A stretch of 64,000 nt of DNA from Candidatus Latescibacterota bacterium (GTDB taxonomy: Bacteria > Latescibacterota > UBA2968 > GCA-2709665). This document shows positions 37,453 to 46,137 of the stretch, in pieces. Position numbers and translations under genes: made by a program. Each line of letters starts with the position of its first letter. The first letter of the stretch is position 1. The stretch lies in contig OZ252100.1 of assembly GCA_965248435.1 (NCBI GenBank), forward strand, positions 5,369,044 through 5,433,043. Direction: 5' to 3'. Under the pieces are notes generated by a model. That model did not search any database. It was not told the origin of the DNA and was given only the letters and a program-made list of their open reading frames with translations.

Positions 37453-38808
37453 GTGATCGGAATGAGCAGAGCGCCGTTGGTAGTGGCGGGGATCCTCATT
37501 GAAATCTGTTTGATCGGCATGCTGATCCTGGGAGATCTTTCCCGGAACGTGCCGATTTTTTTTGTTCTTTTCTTCTCCGCTTTCGGCATCTACCTGGCTG
37601 CCGTATGGAGGGCCAGAGCGGCCCACCTCAAACTTGCCTTCTTGTTCGGATTGATCTTCCGCGCCACCCTCCTTCCTTCCACACCCAGCTTGTCCGACGA
37701 CATCTACCGCTATCTTTGGGATGCCCGAGTACAGTCAGAGACAATCAATCCCTATAAATATGCACCAGGCGCGCCGGAGTTGGCCCACCTCAGGGAAGAC
37801 ACGATCTACCCCCGAGTCAATCACCCGGACGTGCCAACGATCTATCCGCCCCTCGCGCAGATCACCTTTCTGGCCTCTACGCTCCTCTCGCCCACGGTGT
37901 GGGCGTTGAAGCTTTTTCTTGTCGGACTGGATCTACTCACCGCGTGGCTCTTGATCGGGCTGCTCCGAACCTACGATTTGCATACCGGACGCATCCTGAT
38001 CTATCTGTGGAACCCCCTGCTGATCCTCGAGGTCGCAGGCAATGGACACATGGACATCCTTGGCGTGACCTTCCTGATCCTTTCATTCCTCTACGTATCA
38101 GTTGGAGGCACCGGTCGGGCAGCTTGTGCCCTCGGACTTTCCGTGCTTGGGAAGGGGTTCGCGATCTGTCTGTTGCCCATGTTCCTGCGGTGGGCGCACG
38201 CCAGAAGTCATTCGGAAGAACGGCCAGCTCCCAAGGCCTGGCCGTTCGTTCTGTTTGGCGGGACGGTGTCGGCGGGAGTGTTGCCCTACGCTGACGTTGG
38301 ATGGGGCCTGTTTGCAGGTTTGTGGATCTACGCAAAACACTGGGAATTCAACGCCAGCGTATACGGTCTCCTGAATGGGGTATTAGAACTGGGAGACCTT
38401 TCTCGCGTTGCAGTGGGCGTGCTTTTTCTGGGTGCCGTCCTTGCCCTAACATTCAAGAATGTGCATCCCATCCGGTCCGGATACCTTCTTGCAGGGCTTT
38501 TCGTTTTGCTGACCCCGACGCTTCACCCGTGGTACCTGATTTGGATCATCCCCTTCCTGGTGTTCTACGCGAGCCCGGCGTGGTTGGTGTTCACAGGGTT
38601 GGTCGCGCTTTCCTACCACGTTTTGATTCAGTTCCGATCCGCGGGTATTTGGGAGGAGGCGGGTTGGGTCAAGGCGGTAGAGTATGGTGGCTTCATTGCG
38701 GTCTGGATTGCAGAACGAATGTGGCGGGAGTTGAGAAAAGAAAAGGGCCCCCCGGTTGGAGAGGGCCCTTTGCCAAGCCGTGCGTCGGCTGGTGAGAATG
38801 GACTCTAG
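37453..38808 (+). CDS. GT-C fold membrane glycosyl(mannosyl)transferase, DUF2029/GT87-MptB-like
   Basis: About 11 TM helices. First-loop motif SDDIYRYLWDARVQSETINPYKY resembles the D-x-Y...NPY loop of polyprenol-phosphate-sugar transferases. Confidence 0.55.
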   Translation: MIGMSRAPLVVAGILIEICLIGMLILGDLSRNVPIFFVLFFSAFGIYLAAVWRARAAHLKLAFLFGLIFRATLLPSTPSLSDDIYRYLWDARVQSETINPYKYAPGAPELAHLREDTIYPRVNHPDVPTIYPPLAQITFLASTLLSPTVWALKLFLVGLDLLTAWLLIGLLRTYDLHTGRILIYLWNPLLILEVAGNGHMDILGVTFLILSFLYVSVGGTGRAACALGLSVLGKGFAICLLPMFLRWAHARSHSEERPAPKAWPFVLFGGTVSAGVLPYADVGWGLFAGLWIYAKHWEFNASVYGLLNGVLELGDLSRVAVGVLFLGAVLALTFKNVHPIRSGYLLAGLFVLLTPTLHPWYLIWIIPFLVFYASPAWLVFTGLVALSYHVLIQFRSAGIWEEAGWVKAVEYGGFIAVWIAERMWRELRKEKGPPVGEGPLPSRASAGENGL

Positions 38809-40304
38809 CGACTCAGCTTTGCGCCTTCGACCGTCCTGTCCCCTGGCGACGGAAGGGGCTTTTTAGGCCCATCGTTATTGGAAGGTGGCCTAAGCTCCTT
38901 CGAGGTCGGCCCGTTTCCTTCTTCCCTGGACTTAACCAGGTTGCTCAGTTCGTGCACGAAATGCAGGTGCTCCTCTGCGGTTTCAGAGACGTCGATGAAC
39001 AGATCGTGCTTCAGGGCCCGAATCCCCTTCTCGAAGTACTCCCAAACACCGTAGAGAACGACGGACGAAAGGAAGAGGCCCAGGCCGCTGCACGCCGCTG
39101 TAATCGCCGAGAAGGGGGGCTGGAGGTAGCCAAAGATACCGATCCAGCTCGAGGCGAGCAGCAGGACAGAGAGGCCGAACATCACGTTACGTTTTCGATA
39201 CTGGAGGTCCGCGTTCCAATATCGCTCGATCTGCCGACTCCGGACTTTTTCAAGCTGCAGCATACGTTGATAGGCGGCCTCTGTGAACGTCTCGTCCGGA
39301 TTCGTGCTCCACTCTGAAATTCGGCGCCAAAGTCGGTAAAGCTGGTACTCGAATTCCACGTCTTCGATCACATCTGGCACAAGGAAAGACTTTTTTCCGA
39401 AGCTCTTGTGGATCTCGGGGATATATTTGCAGTGGAACGGAGCCCTACGGCTGGTCTTTTCGCCTGGGCGGAGGTTTGGATCCTTATTCAGTGCAATGAA
39501 AGGCTGCTTGATTCGGTGTTCCCCGTTTTTTGCGCTTGAGGATGTGGCGTAAGAAATCGTGTAGCGCAGTGTATCGTCCATCGCCTCGAAGGAGATGTCA
39601 TCGGTTTCGGATACCACGACAACGAAGGGGGATAGGATAGATGCAGCCAGACCTATGTCGTCGAAAGCCGACGCACAATCCACGATGATGTAATCGTAAT
39701 GGTTAAGGGATTTGATAGCGGAGATGAGCAGTGAGAACGCTTCCACGACGAGGCTGAGGTTGTGGCCACTTCTCTCTCGAAGGAAGATGCTGCTGCTGAT
39801 GGAGGACTGCTGTTCCTTCGTGTAGTAGGATGGCAAGATGTCAATTCTCTTGCCGTTCGGTGCCTTGTCTATCGAAAGGAGCTGGCTTCGGTCGTGGATC
39901 CCCTTAAGCCACTCGCCCATTTGTTCACCTTCGATCCCAAGAAGGCAGTTGTAATATGAGCGCAGGTTCTCAGCGATGACCTTCCGCCCTGGAAAGATCA
40001 GGTTCGTGAGGGTCTTTGTCGTAAAATCGGCGTCGAGCAGCAGGACGTTGTAGCCGCAGAGCTGAAGAATTCTGCCCAGGTTGGAGGCCAGGATCGTTTT
40101 GCCAGAGCCGCCTTTCGGGCTCAGGAAGGAGATGAGCTTGCAATCAGTGCCCACAGCGCCCGCTGAGACCTTGAATTTGAGGTCGTGACTCTCTCTGGAG
40201 AGTCTGATTTCTAGCGTGCCCTGGTCCAGGCCGGAAGTCTGGGCGGAGGCTTCCGGTTGCTCGCCGGACGAGGCCCCTTTTGTGCTAAGCATGACTTCCT
40301 CCAC
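38805..40304 (-). CDS. ParA/MinD-superfamily P-loop NTPase with C-terminal 2-TM module
   Basis: Deviant Walker A SPKGGSGKT, LLLDAD, and Walker B YIIVDC. C-terminus: VMFGLSVLLLASSWIGIFGYL and AACSGLGLFLSSVVLYGVW, flanked by helices. Confidence 0.65.
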   Translation of the reverse strand: MEEVMLSTKGASSGEQPEASAQTSGLDQGTLEIRLSRESHDLKFKVSAGAVGTDCKLISFLSPKGGSGKTILASNLGRILQLCGYNVLLLDADFTTKTLTNLIFPGRKVIAENLRSYYNCLLGIEGEQMGEWLKGIHDRSQLLSIDKAPNGKRIDILPSYYTKEQQSSISSSIFLRERSGHNLSLVVEAFSLLISAIKSLNHYDYIIVDCASAFDDIGLAASILSPFVVVVSETDDISFEAMDDTLRYTISYATSSSAKNGEHRIKQPFIALNKDPNLRPGEKTSRRAPFHCKYIPEIHKSFGKKSFLVPDVIEDVEFEYQLYRLWRRISEWSTNPDETFTEAAYQRMLQLEKVRSRQIERYWNADLQYRKRNVMFGLSVLLLASSWIGIFGYLQPPFSAITAACSGLGLFLSSVVLYGVWEYFEKGIRALKHDLFIDVSETAEEHLHFVHELSNLVKSREEGNGPTSKELRPPSNNDGPKKPLPSPGDRTVEGAKLSR

Positions 40305-40345
40305 TTCGGGTGGGGAGTTGGGGAGATAAGCACCTTATTTCGAAC

Positions 40346-40374
40346 AATTTATGAGGTCATCTCGGACCTGTCAA
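40346..40374 (-). promoter_or_regulatory. sigma70-like promoter of the ParA-2TM gene
   Basis: The minus strand reads TTGACA (40374-40369), 17 nt, TAAATT (40351-40346). GGAGG SD lies before the start at 40304. Confidence 0.45.
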
Positions 40375-40460
40375 GCGGAAATTAAGCAAACTATTGGCTT
40401 TCCAAAGCCCAGTTTGGTGCTGATCCGGGCGGGGTTGTGTCGGTTCATCCCTGCGATGCA

Positions 40461-41276
40461 TCAGGTTTCGACCGGAAAAACCTCTGGCAGGAGCCGGTCT
40501 AAGGGAGATTGAAACCTGAAGGTCTCTGTGAGGTTCCGGTATGCCCTTATCGAGTTCCTGGACTTTGCCTGAGTTTGTCGCAGGGCCCGAATCATCACGT
40601 TTTTGGGGGTATAACTGGCCGGGATGAAGGTAATGACCTTGACCTTATACTCTGCCGCTTCAAGGGCCAGGGTTCGGGCCCCTTCGGTTAGCATAGCCGT
40701 AAGGTGATTCCGGAAGACACCGTGTTTGGAGATATCGCTGAATGGGTGCCCCCCGTTCATATGACGTCCGACGTAGCTCTGGCAACAGGGGACCAGAATA
40801 ATGCCTCGAGCATTTAACCGGATCCCGGCGGCAAGGGCCTCGTCTGTCGCCGTATCACAGGCGTGTAACGCATAGATGATGTCAGGTTTTTGGGAGGGAC
40901 ATACCTCCAGAATGCCTCCTGCGTGGAACTCCATGTTTTCGAACTCGAGTTCATCGGCCACGCTCCGACTGGCTTCAACCAGATCTTCACGGTGGTCCAC
41001 CCCAATAAAATGAGCCGGTCTCTCCAGCTTTCGGGTGAGAATGGCGTTCAAGACAAACGACAGGTAACTGCGCCCACAGCCGGCGTCGAGGAGCACCAGG
41101 GGTTTGTTCTTCTTCATGTACCGAGCAAGCGCCAGCAGGTGAGTAAGAAACGCCATGACTTCGTGGTACTTTTTTTCGTGATCTTTGAATAGCTCGCCGC
41201 CGGACGAGAGCAGGCCGATGGCCTTCAGGATCTCCTGGAATTCGGTCTGGCTGAAGAAGGGGTTGTCTTTTAGCAA
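40461..41276 (-). CDS. class I SAM-dependent methyltransferase (Methyltransf_32-like)
   Basis: VLLDAGCGRSYLSFVL (motif I), IGVDH, ALHACDTATDEAL and LVPCC match this family's pattern. TTG start with GGAGG SD. Confidence 0.7.
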   Translation of the reverse strand: MLKDNPFFSQTEFQEILKAIGLLSSGGELFKDHEKKYHEVMAFLTHLLALARYMKKNKPLVLLDAGCGRSYLSFVLNAILTRKLERPAHFIGVDHREDLVEASRSVADELEFENMEFHAGGILEVCPSQKPDIIYALHACDTATDEALAAGIRLNARGIILVPCCQSYVGRHMNGGHPFSDISKHGVFRNHLTAMLTEGARTLALEAAEYKVKVITFIPASYTPKNVMIRALRQTQAKSRNSIRAYRNLTETFRFQSPLDRLLPEVFPVET

Positions 41277-41323
41277 GATCTGATTACCTCCGTCTCTGGA
41301 TTCGGCCTCTCAGGGTTGCCGGC

Positions 41324-41352
41324 AAAGTAGAAAAGGGGGTCTCCCTTGTCAA
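41324..41352 (-). promoter_or_regulatory. sigma70-like promoter of the methyltransferase gene
   Basis: The minus strand reads TTGACA (41352-41347), 17 nt, TACTTT (41329-41324). Confidence 0.4.
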
Positions 41353-41382
41353 GGCGAATGGGTCGATTCTGGCAAAAAGCGC

Positions 41383-41411
41383 TTGACTGGAGGGACACAA
41401 ATCTGTAGATT
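41383..41411 (+). promoter_or_regulatory. rightward sigma70-like promoter now separated from downstream genes by the IS30
   Basis: TTGACT (41383-41388), 17 nt, TAGATT (41406-41411). An AAGGAGG follows at 41443-41449 with no canonical start codon before the IS end. Confidence 0.35.
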
Positions 41412-41517
41412 CATTCGATTTGGTTTTATCCTCAATAAAATAAGGAGGATATATACATTTCAAGAGGCGTAATTCAAGTGTCTTTGCTGAAACTTGGCAA
41501 CCCGGAATCGATGTGCT

Positions 41518-41543
41518 GGATTCAATGACTAAGTGCAACACTT
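41518..41543. repeat. IS30 terminal inverted repeat (transposase 3' side)
   Basis: GGATTCAATGACTAAGTGCAACACTT. The reverse complement of 42541-42566 is GAGTTCAATAAGGAAGTGCAACACTT. The core AAGTGCAACACTT is identical. Confidence 0.6.
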
Positions 41544-42512
41544 GGACTTGAAGACTTCAGCTGGTGTTTTGAAGTTAAGACATTTTCTTGGTCGGTTGTT
41601 GATCCGGTTCTGAATTTTCTTTAACTCGTGTTTGCTGACCTTTGAGAAGTCTGTCTTCTTGGGGAGGTATCTGCGGACCAGACCGATAGCGTTTTCCACA
41701 GCGCCTCGCTCCCAGCTGTGGAACGGTTTGCAGAAATAGGATTTGGTGCCAAGCACCTCGTTGACCCGTTGATGTTGGCCGTTTTCGGATCCGTTGTCAT
41801 ATGTGATGCTCTTCCTCATGTGGGGAGGATGTCGCCCAAGGCGTCGATTAATCGCTTCGGCGACCTCCGAGGGTCCGTTCTTTGCCAGCTTAGCCAGGTG
41901 TAGGTATCTCGACGATCGCTCAAGACAAGCGCCAACGGCCTGTTTGCTCTCACGAGAGATGATGGTGTCGGATTCCCAGTGGCCAGGTTGTTTCCGTTTT
42001 TCGATGTAACGGGGACGTCGATCGATCGAAATACGGCCTGGAATGTGGCTTTCCCGGTGTTTTCGGGTATGCCACCGCGGCTTTCGTTTTTTGTGAGCTC
42101 GGGATAAGCAAGCAACCAGATCCCGCTGCTTGTGCACCTTTGGATCGTAGATATACTGGTAGATGGCTTCGTGGCTGATACCCGCGCTCGGACGCTCCTC
42201 GGGAAGCCTCCCAGCGATCAACTCGGGAGACCATCCTTGCTTGAGTTTGGTCTCGACATATCGCCGGATAACCGGATTCTTCAGCCGTTTCCGCTTGCCG
42301 GCCTCCCGCTTACGTTTCTCAGCCCTTCTGTGAGCCTGGAGGCCCGAGTAACTCTCAGCTATCGGGGACGGATTACGTTTCAACTCTCTTGAAATCGTGC
42401 TGGCGCTCCGGTCAAGGGCCTTGGCAATATCTCTAAGGCTTGCACCAGTGGCTCGACAAAGCGCAATCTGCTCGCGTTCGTCTATCGTAAGATGCTTGTA
42501 ATTGTTTCCCAT
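41529..42512 (-). CDS. IS30-family transposase
   Basis: N-terminal HTH LTIDEREQIALCRATGASLRDIAKALDRSASTISRELKRN, GHWESDT, YDNGSE and F.P..SWERG..EN are typical of IS30 DDE transposases. Full length, 327 aa. Confidence 0.9.
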   Translation of the reverse strand: MGNNYKHLTIDEREQIALCRATGASLRDIAKALDRSASTISRELKRNPSPIAESYSGLQAHRRAEKRKREAGKRKRLKNPVIRRYVETKLKQGWSPELIAGRLPEERPSAGISHEAIYQYIYDPKVHKQRDLVACLSRAHKKRKPRWHTRKHRESHIPGRISIDRRPRYIEKRKQPGHWESDTIISRESKQAVGACLERSSRYLHLAKLAKNGPSEVAEAINRRLGRHPPHMRKSITYDNGSENGQHQRVNEVLGTKSYFCKPFHSWERGAVENAIGLVRRYLPKKTDFSKVSKHELKKIQNRINNRPRKCLNFKTPAEVFKSKCCT

Positions 42513-42540
42513 ACACTTAGGATAGGACAGTTGCTACCCT

Positions 42541-42566
42541 AAGTGTTGCACTTCCTTATTGAACTC
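42541..42566. repeat. IS30 terminal inverted repeat (transposase 5' side)
   Basis: AAGTGTTGCACTTCCTTATTGAACTC, the inverted partner of 41518-41543. Confidence 0.6.
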
Positions 42567-42694
42567 GGGTGTTCGGTTCGGGGCCTCTCTTTTCCGGGAA
42601 CCACACACACTAACTCAGCCGACAAAATTCGGGAACCTGTAATTCCTTTCGGCGTCTTTAAATTCTGACTTGCTTTGGGGAGGGTCAATCGTCG

Positions 42695-43192
42695 ATGATG
42701 CGAAAGTACGCGACTGTATGGATGCTCTGTTTCGGAGCCCTGATTGCGGCGTGCAGTCAGGAATCTCCGGACGAGCTGCTGACCAAGGGGGAGGATGCGA
42801 CACACAGTGTGTCTACCTATCCCCAGGCAGAACGCTATCTCGTCAAATTTTTGGATATTTATCCAGATGATCCCCGGGCAGATGTCGCCCTGCAGGCCCT
42901 CGCACGGGTCCTTCTTGGACAGAAAAAACATCAAGATGCGATTCAGCGGTATGATGAGCTGATCACGCGGTTCCCGAACAGCCGGTACGTGGATCAAGCC
43001 CAGTTCATGGTTGGCTATATCCACGACCAGCAAGGCAGACTTGATCTTGCGAGAGAAGCCTACCTGAAGCTGATAGAGGCGTATCCCGAATCAGATTTGA
43101 TAGATGACGCACGGGCGTCGGTCGAAAATTTGGGTAAGGTCCCGGAGGCTTGGCTGTTTCCGGATTCTGCTCACGCGGAAGCCGGAGAATAG
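42695..43192 (+). CDS. TPR lipoprotein (BamD/YbgF-like)
   Basis: Lipobox LIAAC. YPDDPRADVALQALARVLL..., FPNSRYVDQAQFMVGYI and YPESDLIDDAR are YfiO/YbgF-type repeats. Confidence 0.6.
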   Translation: MMRKYATVWMLCFGALIAACSQESPDELLTKGEDATHSVSTYPQAERYLVKFLDIYPDDPRADVALQALARVLLGQKKHQDAIQRYDELITRFPNSRYVDQAQFMVGYIHDQQGRLDLAREAYLKLIEAYPESDLIDDARASVENLGKVPEAWLFPDSAHAEAGE

Positions 43193-43285
43193 GTCTCCGC
43201 TCGATAGGCTCAGATTCCCACTCCGGAAGGCCTGCATTCCAGGCACTCCGATTTCCGATTTGCTCTCTCGCGGCAGGTATGAACC

Positions 43286-44281
43286 ATGCAGATGGCGGAG
43301 GACATACAGGCAGTCAATGAGAAGGTCTCTCGAGAGAGCGCCTTTGTAGATAGGGTGGTCAAGGGCGTAGGTGAGGTGATTGTTGGTCAGCAAGAGATGA
43401 TCGAGCGTCTTTTGATCGGGCTTCTCTGCAATGGGCACGTATTGCTCGAGGGCGTCCCGGGATTGGCGAAGACGTTAACGATCAACACTCTGGCTCAGAC
43501 CATCGATGCGACCTTCCAGCGCATTCAGTTTACCCCTGATCTGCTGCCAGCCGACCTGATCGGGACGATGATCTACCATCAGCCGAGCGGCGAGTTCGTG
43601 CCCAAGAAGGGGCCGATCTTCGCGCAGCTGGTTCTCGCGGACGAGGTCAACCGAGCGCCTGCGAAGGTTCAAAGTGCGATGCTGGAGGCCATGCAAGAAC
43701 GGCAGGTTACGATTGGGGATCAAACCTTCCTGATGGAAGACCCCTTTCTCGTGCTGGCAACGCAAAATCCGATTGAGCAAGAAGGTACGTATCCTTTGCC
43801 TGAAGCCCAGGTCGATCGATTCATGATTAAGTTCAAGGTCACCTATCCCAGTCGTGAAGAGGAGCGGGCGATCGTAGATCGGATGAGCGGCGGGTCGGTA
43901 CCGTCCGCCAGGCCCCTGGTCAGTACCGAGGACATTCAACGCGCCAGGTCTGTTGTAGAGGAAATCTACATCGACGGGAAACTGAAAGATTACATCGTAG
44001 ACCTGGTTCTTGCGACACGGGATCCTGCGAAGTATGATCTGGAAGACCTCGTCGGGCTCATCGAATACGGGTGTTCTCCGAGGGGCTCCATTTACCTGAC
44101 GAAGGCGGCAAGGGCCCATGCGTTTTTACGAGGCAGGGGTTATACGACGCCCGAGGACGTCAAGGCTGTAGGGATGGACATCTTAAGACACCGGATCATC
44201 GCCACCTACGAGGCAGAGGCCGAAGAGATCACACCGGAAGACGTGATTCAACGCGTTTTTGAAAAGATCGAGGTTCCCTGA
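43286..44281 (+). CDS. moxR: MoxR-family AAA+ ATPase
   Basis: GHVLLEGVPGLAKT Walker A, VLADEVNRA Walker B, LEAMQERQVT, and GCSPRG near the C-terminus. Confidence 0.9.
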   Translation: MQMAEDIQAVNEKVSRESAFVDRVVKGVGEVIVGQQEMIERLLIGLLCNGHVLLEGVPGLAKTLTINTLAQTIDATFQRIQFTPDLLPADLIGTMIYHQPSGEFVPKKGPIFAQLVLADEVNRAPAKVQSAMLEAMQERQVTIGDQTFLMEDPFLVLATQNPIEQEGTYPLPEAQVDRFMIKFKVTYPSREEERAIVDRMSGGSVPSARPLVSTEDIQRARSVVEEIYIDGKLKDYIVDLVLATRDPAKYDLEDLVGLIEYGCSPRGSIYLTKAARAHAFLRGRGYTTPEDVKAVGMDILRHRIIATYEAEAEEITPEDVIQRVFEKIEVP

Positions 44282-44285
44282 GGCC

Positions 44286-45167
44286 ATGCTTCCCGCGGAG
44301 ATTTTGAGGAAGGTAAAGCAGATCGAGATTCGAACGCGTCACCTCGTGAATACAGTTTTCTCTGGAGAATATCACTCTGTGTTCAAGGGAAAGGGAATGG
44401 CTTTTGCCGAGGTCCGCGAATATGAATTAGGAGATGATACGCGGAACATCGACTGGAACGTCACGGCCAGGATCGGACACCCGTTTGTAAAGGTCTACGA
44501 CGAGGAGCGCGAGCTAACGGTCATGTTGATGGTAGACGCGAGCGGTTCCGAGGAATTCGGTACGGTAGAGGGGATGAAGGGGGAGATTGGAGTTGAGATT
44601 TGTGCCCTGCTCGCATTTTCTGCCATTCATAACAACGATCGCGTCGGTTTGATCATCTTCACCGACGAAGTGGAGGCCTTTATTCCTCCTAAGAAAGGGA
44701 GGAAACACGTGCTTCGGGTGATCCGTGAGCTTCTCTATTTTCGACCCAGCCGTAGAGGCACAGACATCGCAGCCGCGCTGAGTTTTCTAAACCAGGTCGC
44801 AAGGCGCAAATGCGTCGTCTTTCTCGTCTCCGATTTTATGGGCAGAGGCTTCGAGATGCCGCTTAAAGTGGCCGGCCGAAGACACGACCTGATCTCGATC
44901 GCAATTCATGATCCGAGAGAGTTTGAGTTGCCTGATGTGGGCATCATCGAACTGGAAGATGCCGAGACTGGCGAAGAGATCCTGGTGGATACATCTGACA
45001 GGCACCTTCGAACGGCATTCTCAAGCAACTTTGAGGAACGGGCGAAAACACGCAATCGACTTTTTGAGTCTGCTGGGGTAGACAAGATTGATATAAGTAC
45101 AGCGTCTTCGTATGTTGATCCTTTGAATCGCTTTTTCAGGATGCGGACTCGTAGGCTGAGGGCTTAA
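44286..45167 (+). CDS. DUF58 (VWA-like) protein
   Basis: GEYHSVFKGKGMAFAEVREYELGDDTRNIDWNVTAR is the DUF58 hallmark, followed by LMVDASGS. Confidence 0.85.
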   Translation: MLPAEILRKVKQIEIRTRHLVNTVFSGEYHSVFKGKGMAFAEVREYELGDDTRNIDWNVTARIGHPFVKVYDEERELTVMLMVDASGSEEFGTVEGMKGEIGVEICALLAFSAIHNNDRVGLIIFTDEVEAFIPPKKGRKHVLRVIRELLYFRPSRRGTDIAAALSFLNQVARRKCVVFLVSDFMGRGFEMPLKVAGRRHDLISIAIHDPREFELPDVGIIELEDAETGEEILVDTSDRHLRTAFSSNFEERAKTRNRLFESAGVDKIDISTASSYVDPLNRFFRMRTRRLRA

Positions 45168-45189
45168 ACCGAATGATGAGGGCTAAAGC

Positions 45190-46137
45190 GTGATTGAAGT
45201 CGAGCATTTGACCAAGCGATACGGGCCTCACACCGCTGTGAACGATATCTCCTTTCGGGTTGAGCGGGGGCAGATCGTCGGATTTTTGGGTCCGAACGGC
45301 GCGGGCAAGACCACGACGATGCGGATTCTGACCTGCTACCAGCCCGCGTCAGAGGGATCTGCCCGCATCGCCGGATATGACATATTTGATCAGCCGCTCG
45401 AAGTCAAGCGGCGAATCGGTTACCTGCCTGAACTTCCCCCGGTCTACGTGGACATGAAGGTAAGGTCCTACCTGGATTTTGCAGCCACGATCAAAGGAGT
45501 TTCCAAGCGGACGCGTAAAGGACGCATCGCAGATGTGATGGACCGATGCGGCATTTCAGACAGGGCGGATCAGCTGATCGGGCAGCTTTCCAAGGGGTAT
45601 CGGCAGCGCGTCGGTCTTGCGCAGGCGATTGTTCACAACCCCGATGTCATCGTTCTCGATGAACCGACGATCGGGCTGGACCCAAACCAGATCCGTGAGG
45701 TGCGAAAGTTGATCCGGAGTCTGAGTCCCGATCACACGGTCATCCTAAGCACGCACATTCTGCCAGAAGTCGAGATGACCTGCGACCGCGTGGTCATCAT
45801 CAATAAGGGGCGAATTTCTGCCGAAGATGCTACCGACAACCTCACGTCAAGGTTTAAGGGAAACGAACGATACTATTTGGAAATTGCAGGCGAGGCGCAG
45901 GATGCCGTTCGCGCCCTTCGAGAAGTTCCCGATGTCGTGGAAGTTACGAGGTCCGGAGATCCCCAGCGTGATGACGTCGTTCGACTGTTTGTTGACGCCT
46001 CGATGCGCCGTGACATCCGAGCAGATCTTGCGGCAAAGGTCGTCGAAGAGGGTCTGGGTCTGCTCGAACTGCGTAGGCTCGAGATGAGCCTCGAAGATAT
46101 CTTCCAGGAGTTGACGACGAGCGAGGAGAAGGCCTAA
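45190..46137 (+). CDS. ABC transporter ATP-binding protein (ABC-2/GldA-like)
   Basis: Walker A GPNGAGKTT, signature LSKGYRQRV, and Walker B VIVLDEPTIGLD. Confidence 0.9.
   Translation: MIEVEHLTKRYGPHTAVNDISFRVERGQIVGFLGPNGAGKTTTMRILTCYQPASEGSARIAGYDIFDQPLEVKRRIGYLPELPPVYVDMKVRSYLDFAATIKGVSKRTRKGRIADVMDRCGISDRADQLIGQLSKGYRQRVGLAQAIVHNPDVIVLDEPTIGLDPNQIREVRKLIRSLSPDHTVILSTHILPEVEMTCDRVVIINKGRISAEDATDNLTSRFKGNERYYLEIAGEAQDAVRALREVPDVVEVTRSGDPQRDDVVRLFVDASMRRDIRADLAAKVVEEGLGLLELRRLEMSLEDIFQELTTSEEKA

Larger units (their letters stand above)
41518..42566 (-). mobile_element. IS30-family insertion sequence (~1.05 kb), apparently intact
   Basis: A single transposase ORF is bounded by ~26-bp imperfect inverted repeats with a perfect 13-bp core. 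The outer boundaries are approximate. Confidence 0.8.

Noticed and set aside
38805-38808. The convergent glycosyltransferase and ParA-like genes share an overlapping stop at the palindrome CTAG.
   Set aside because: It is real in the sequence but probably a trivial consequence of tight convergent packing. It is noted only as support that no terminator or extra gene lies between them.
42539-43033. A 164-aa minus-strand ORF spanning the IS30 end and the TPR lipoprotein gene.
   Set aside because: It runs antisense to a lipoprotein gene that has a clear lipobox and TPR motifs, and it crosses the IS inverted repeat. It has no motifs and is most likely spurious.
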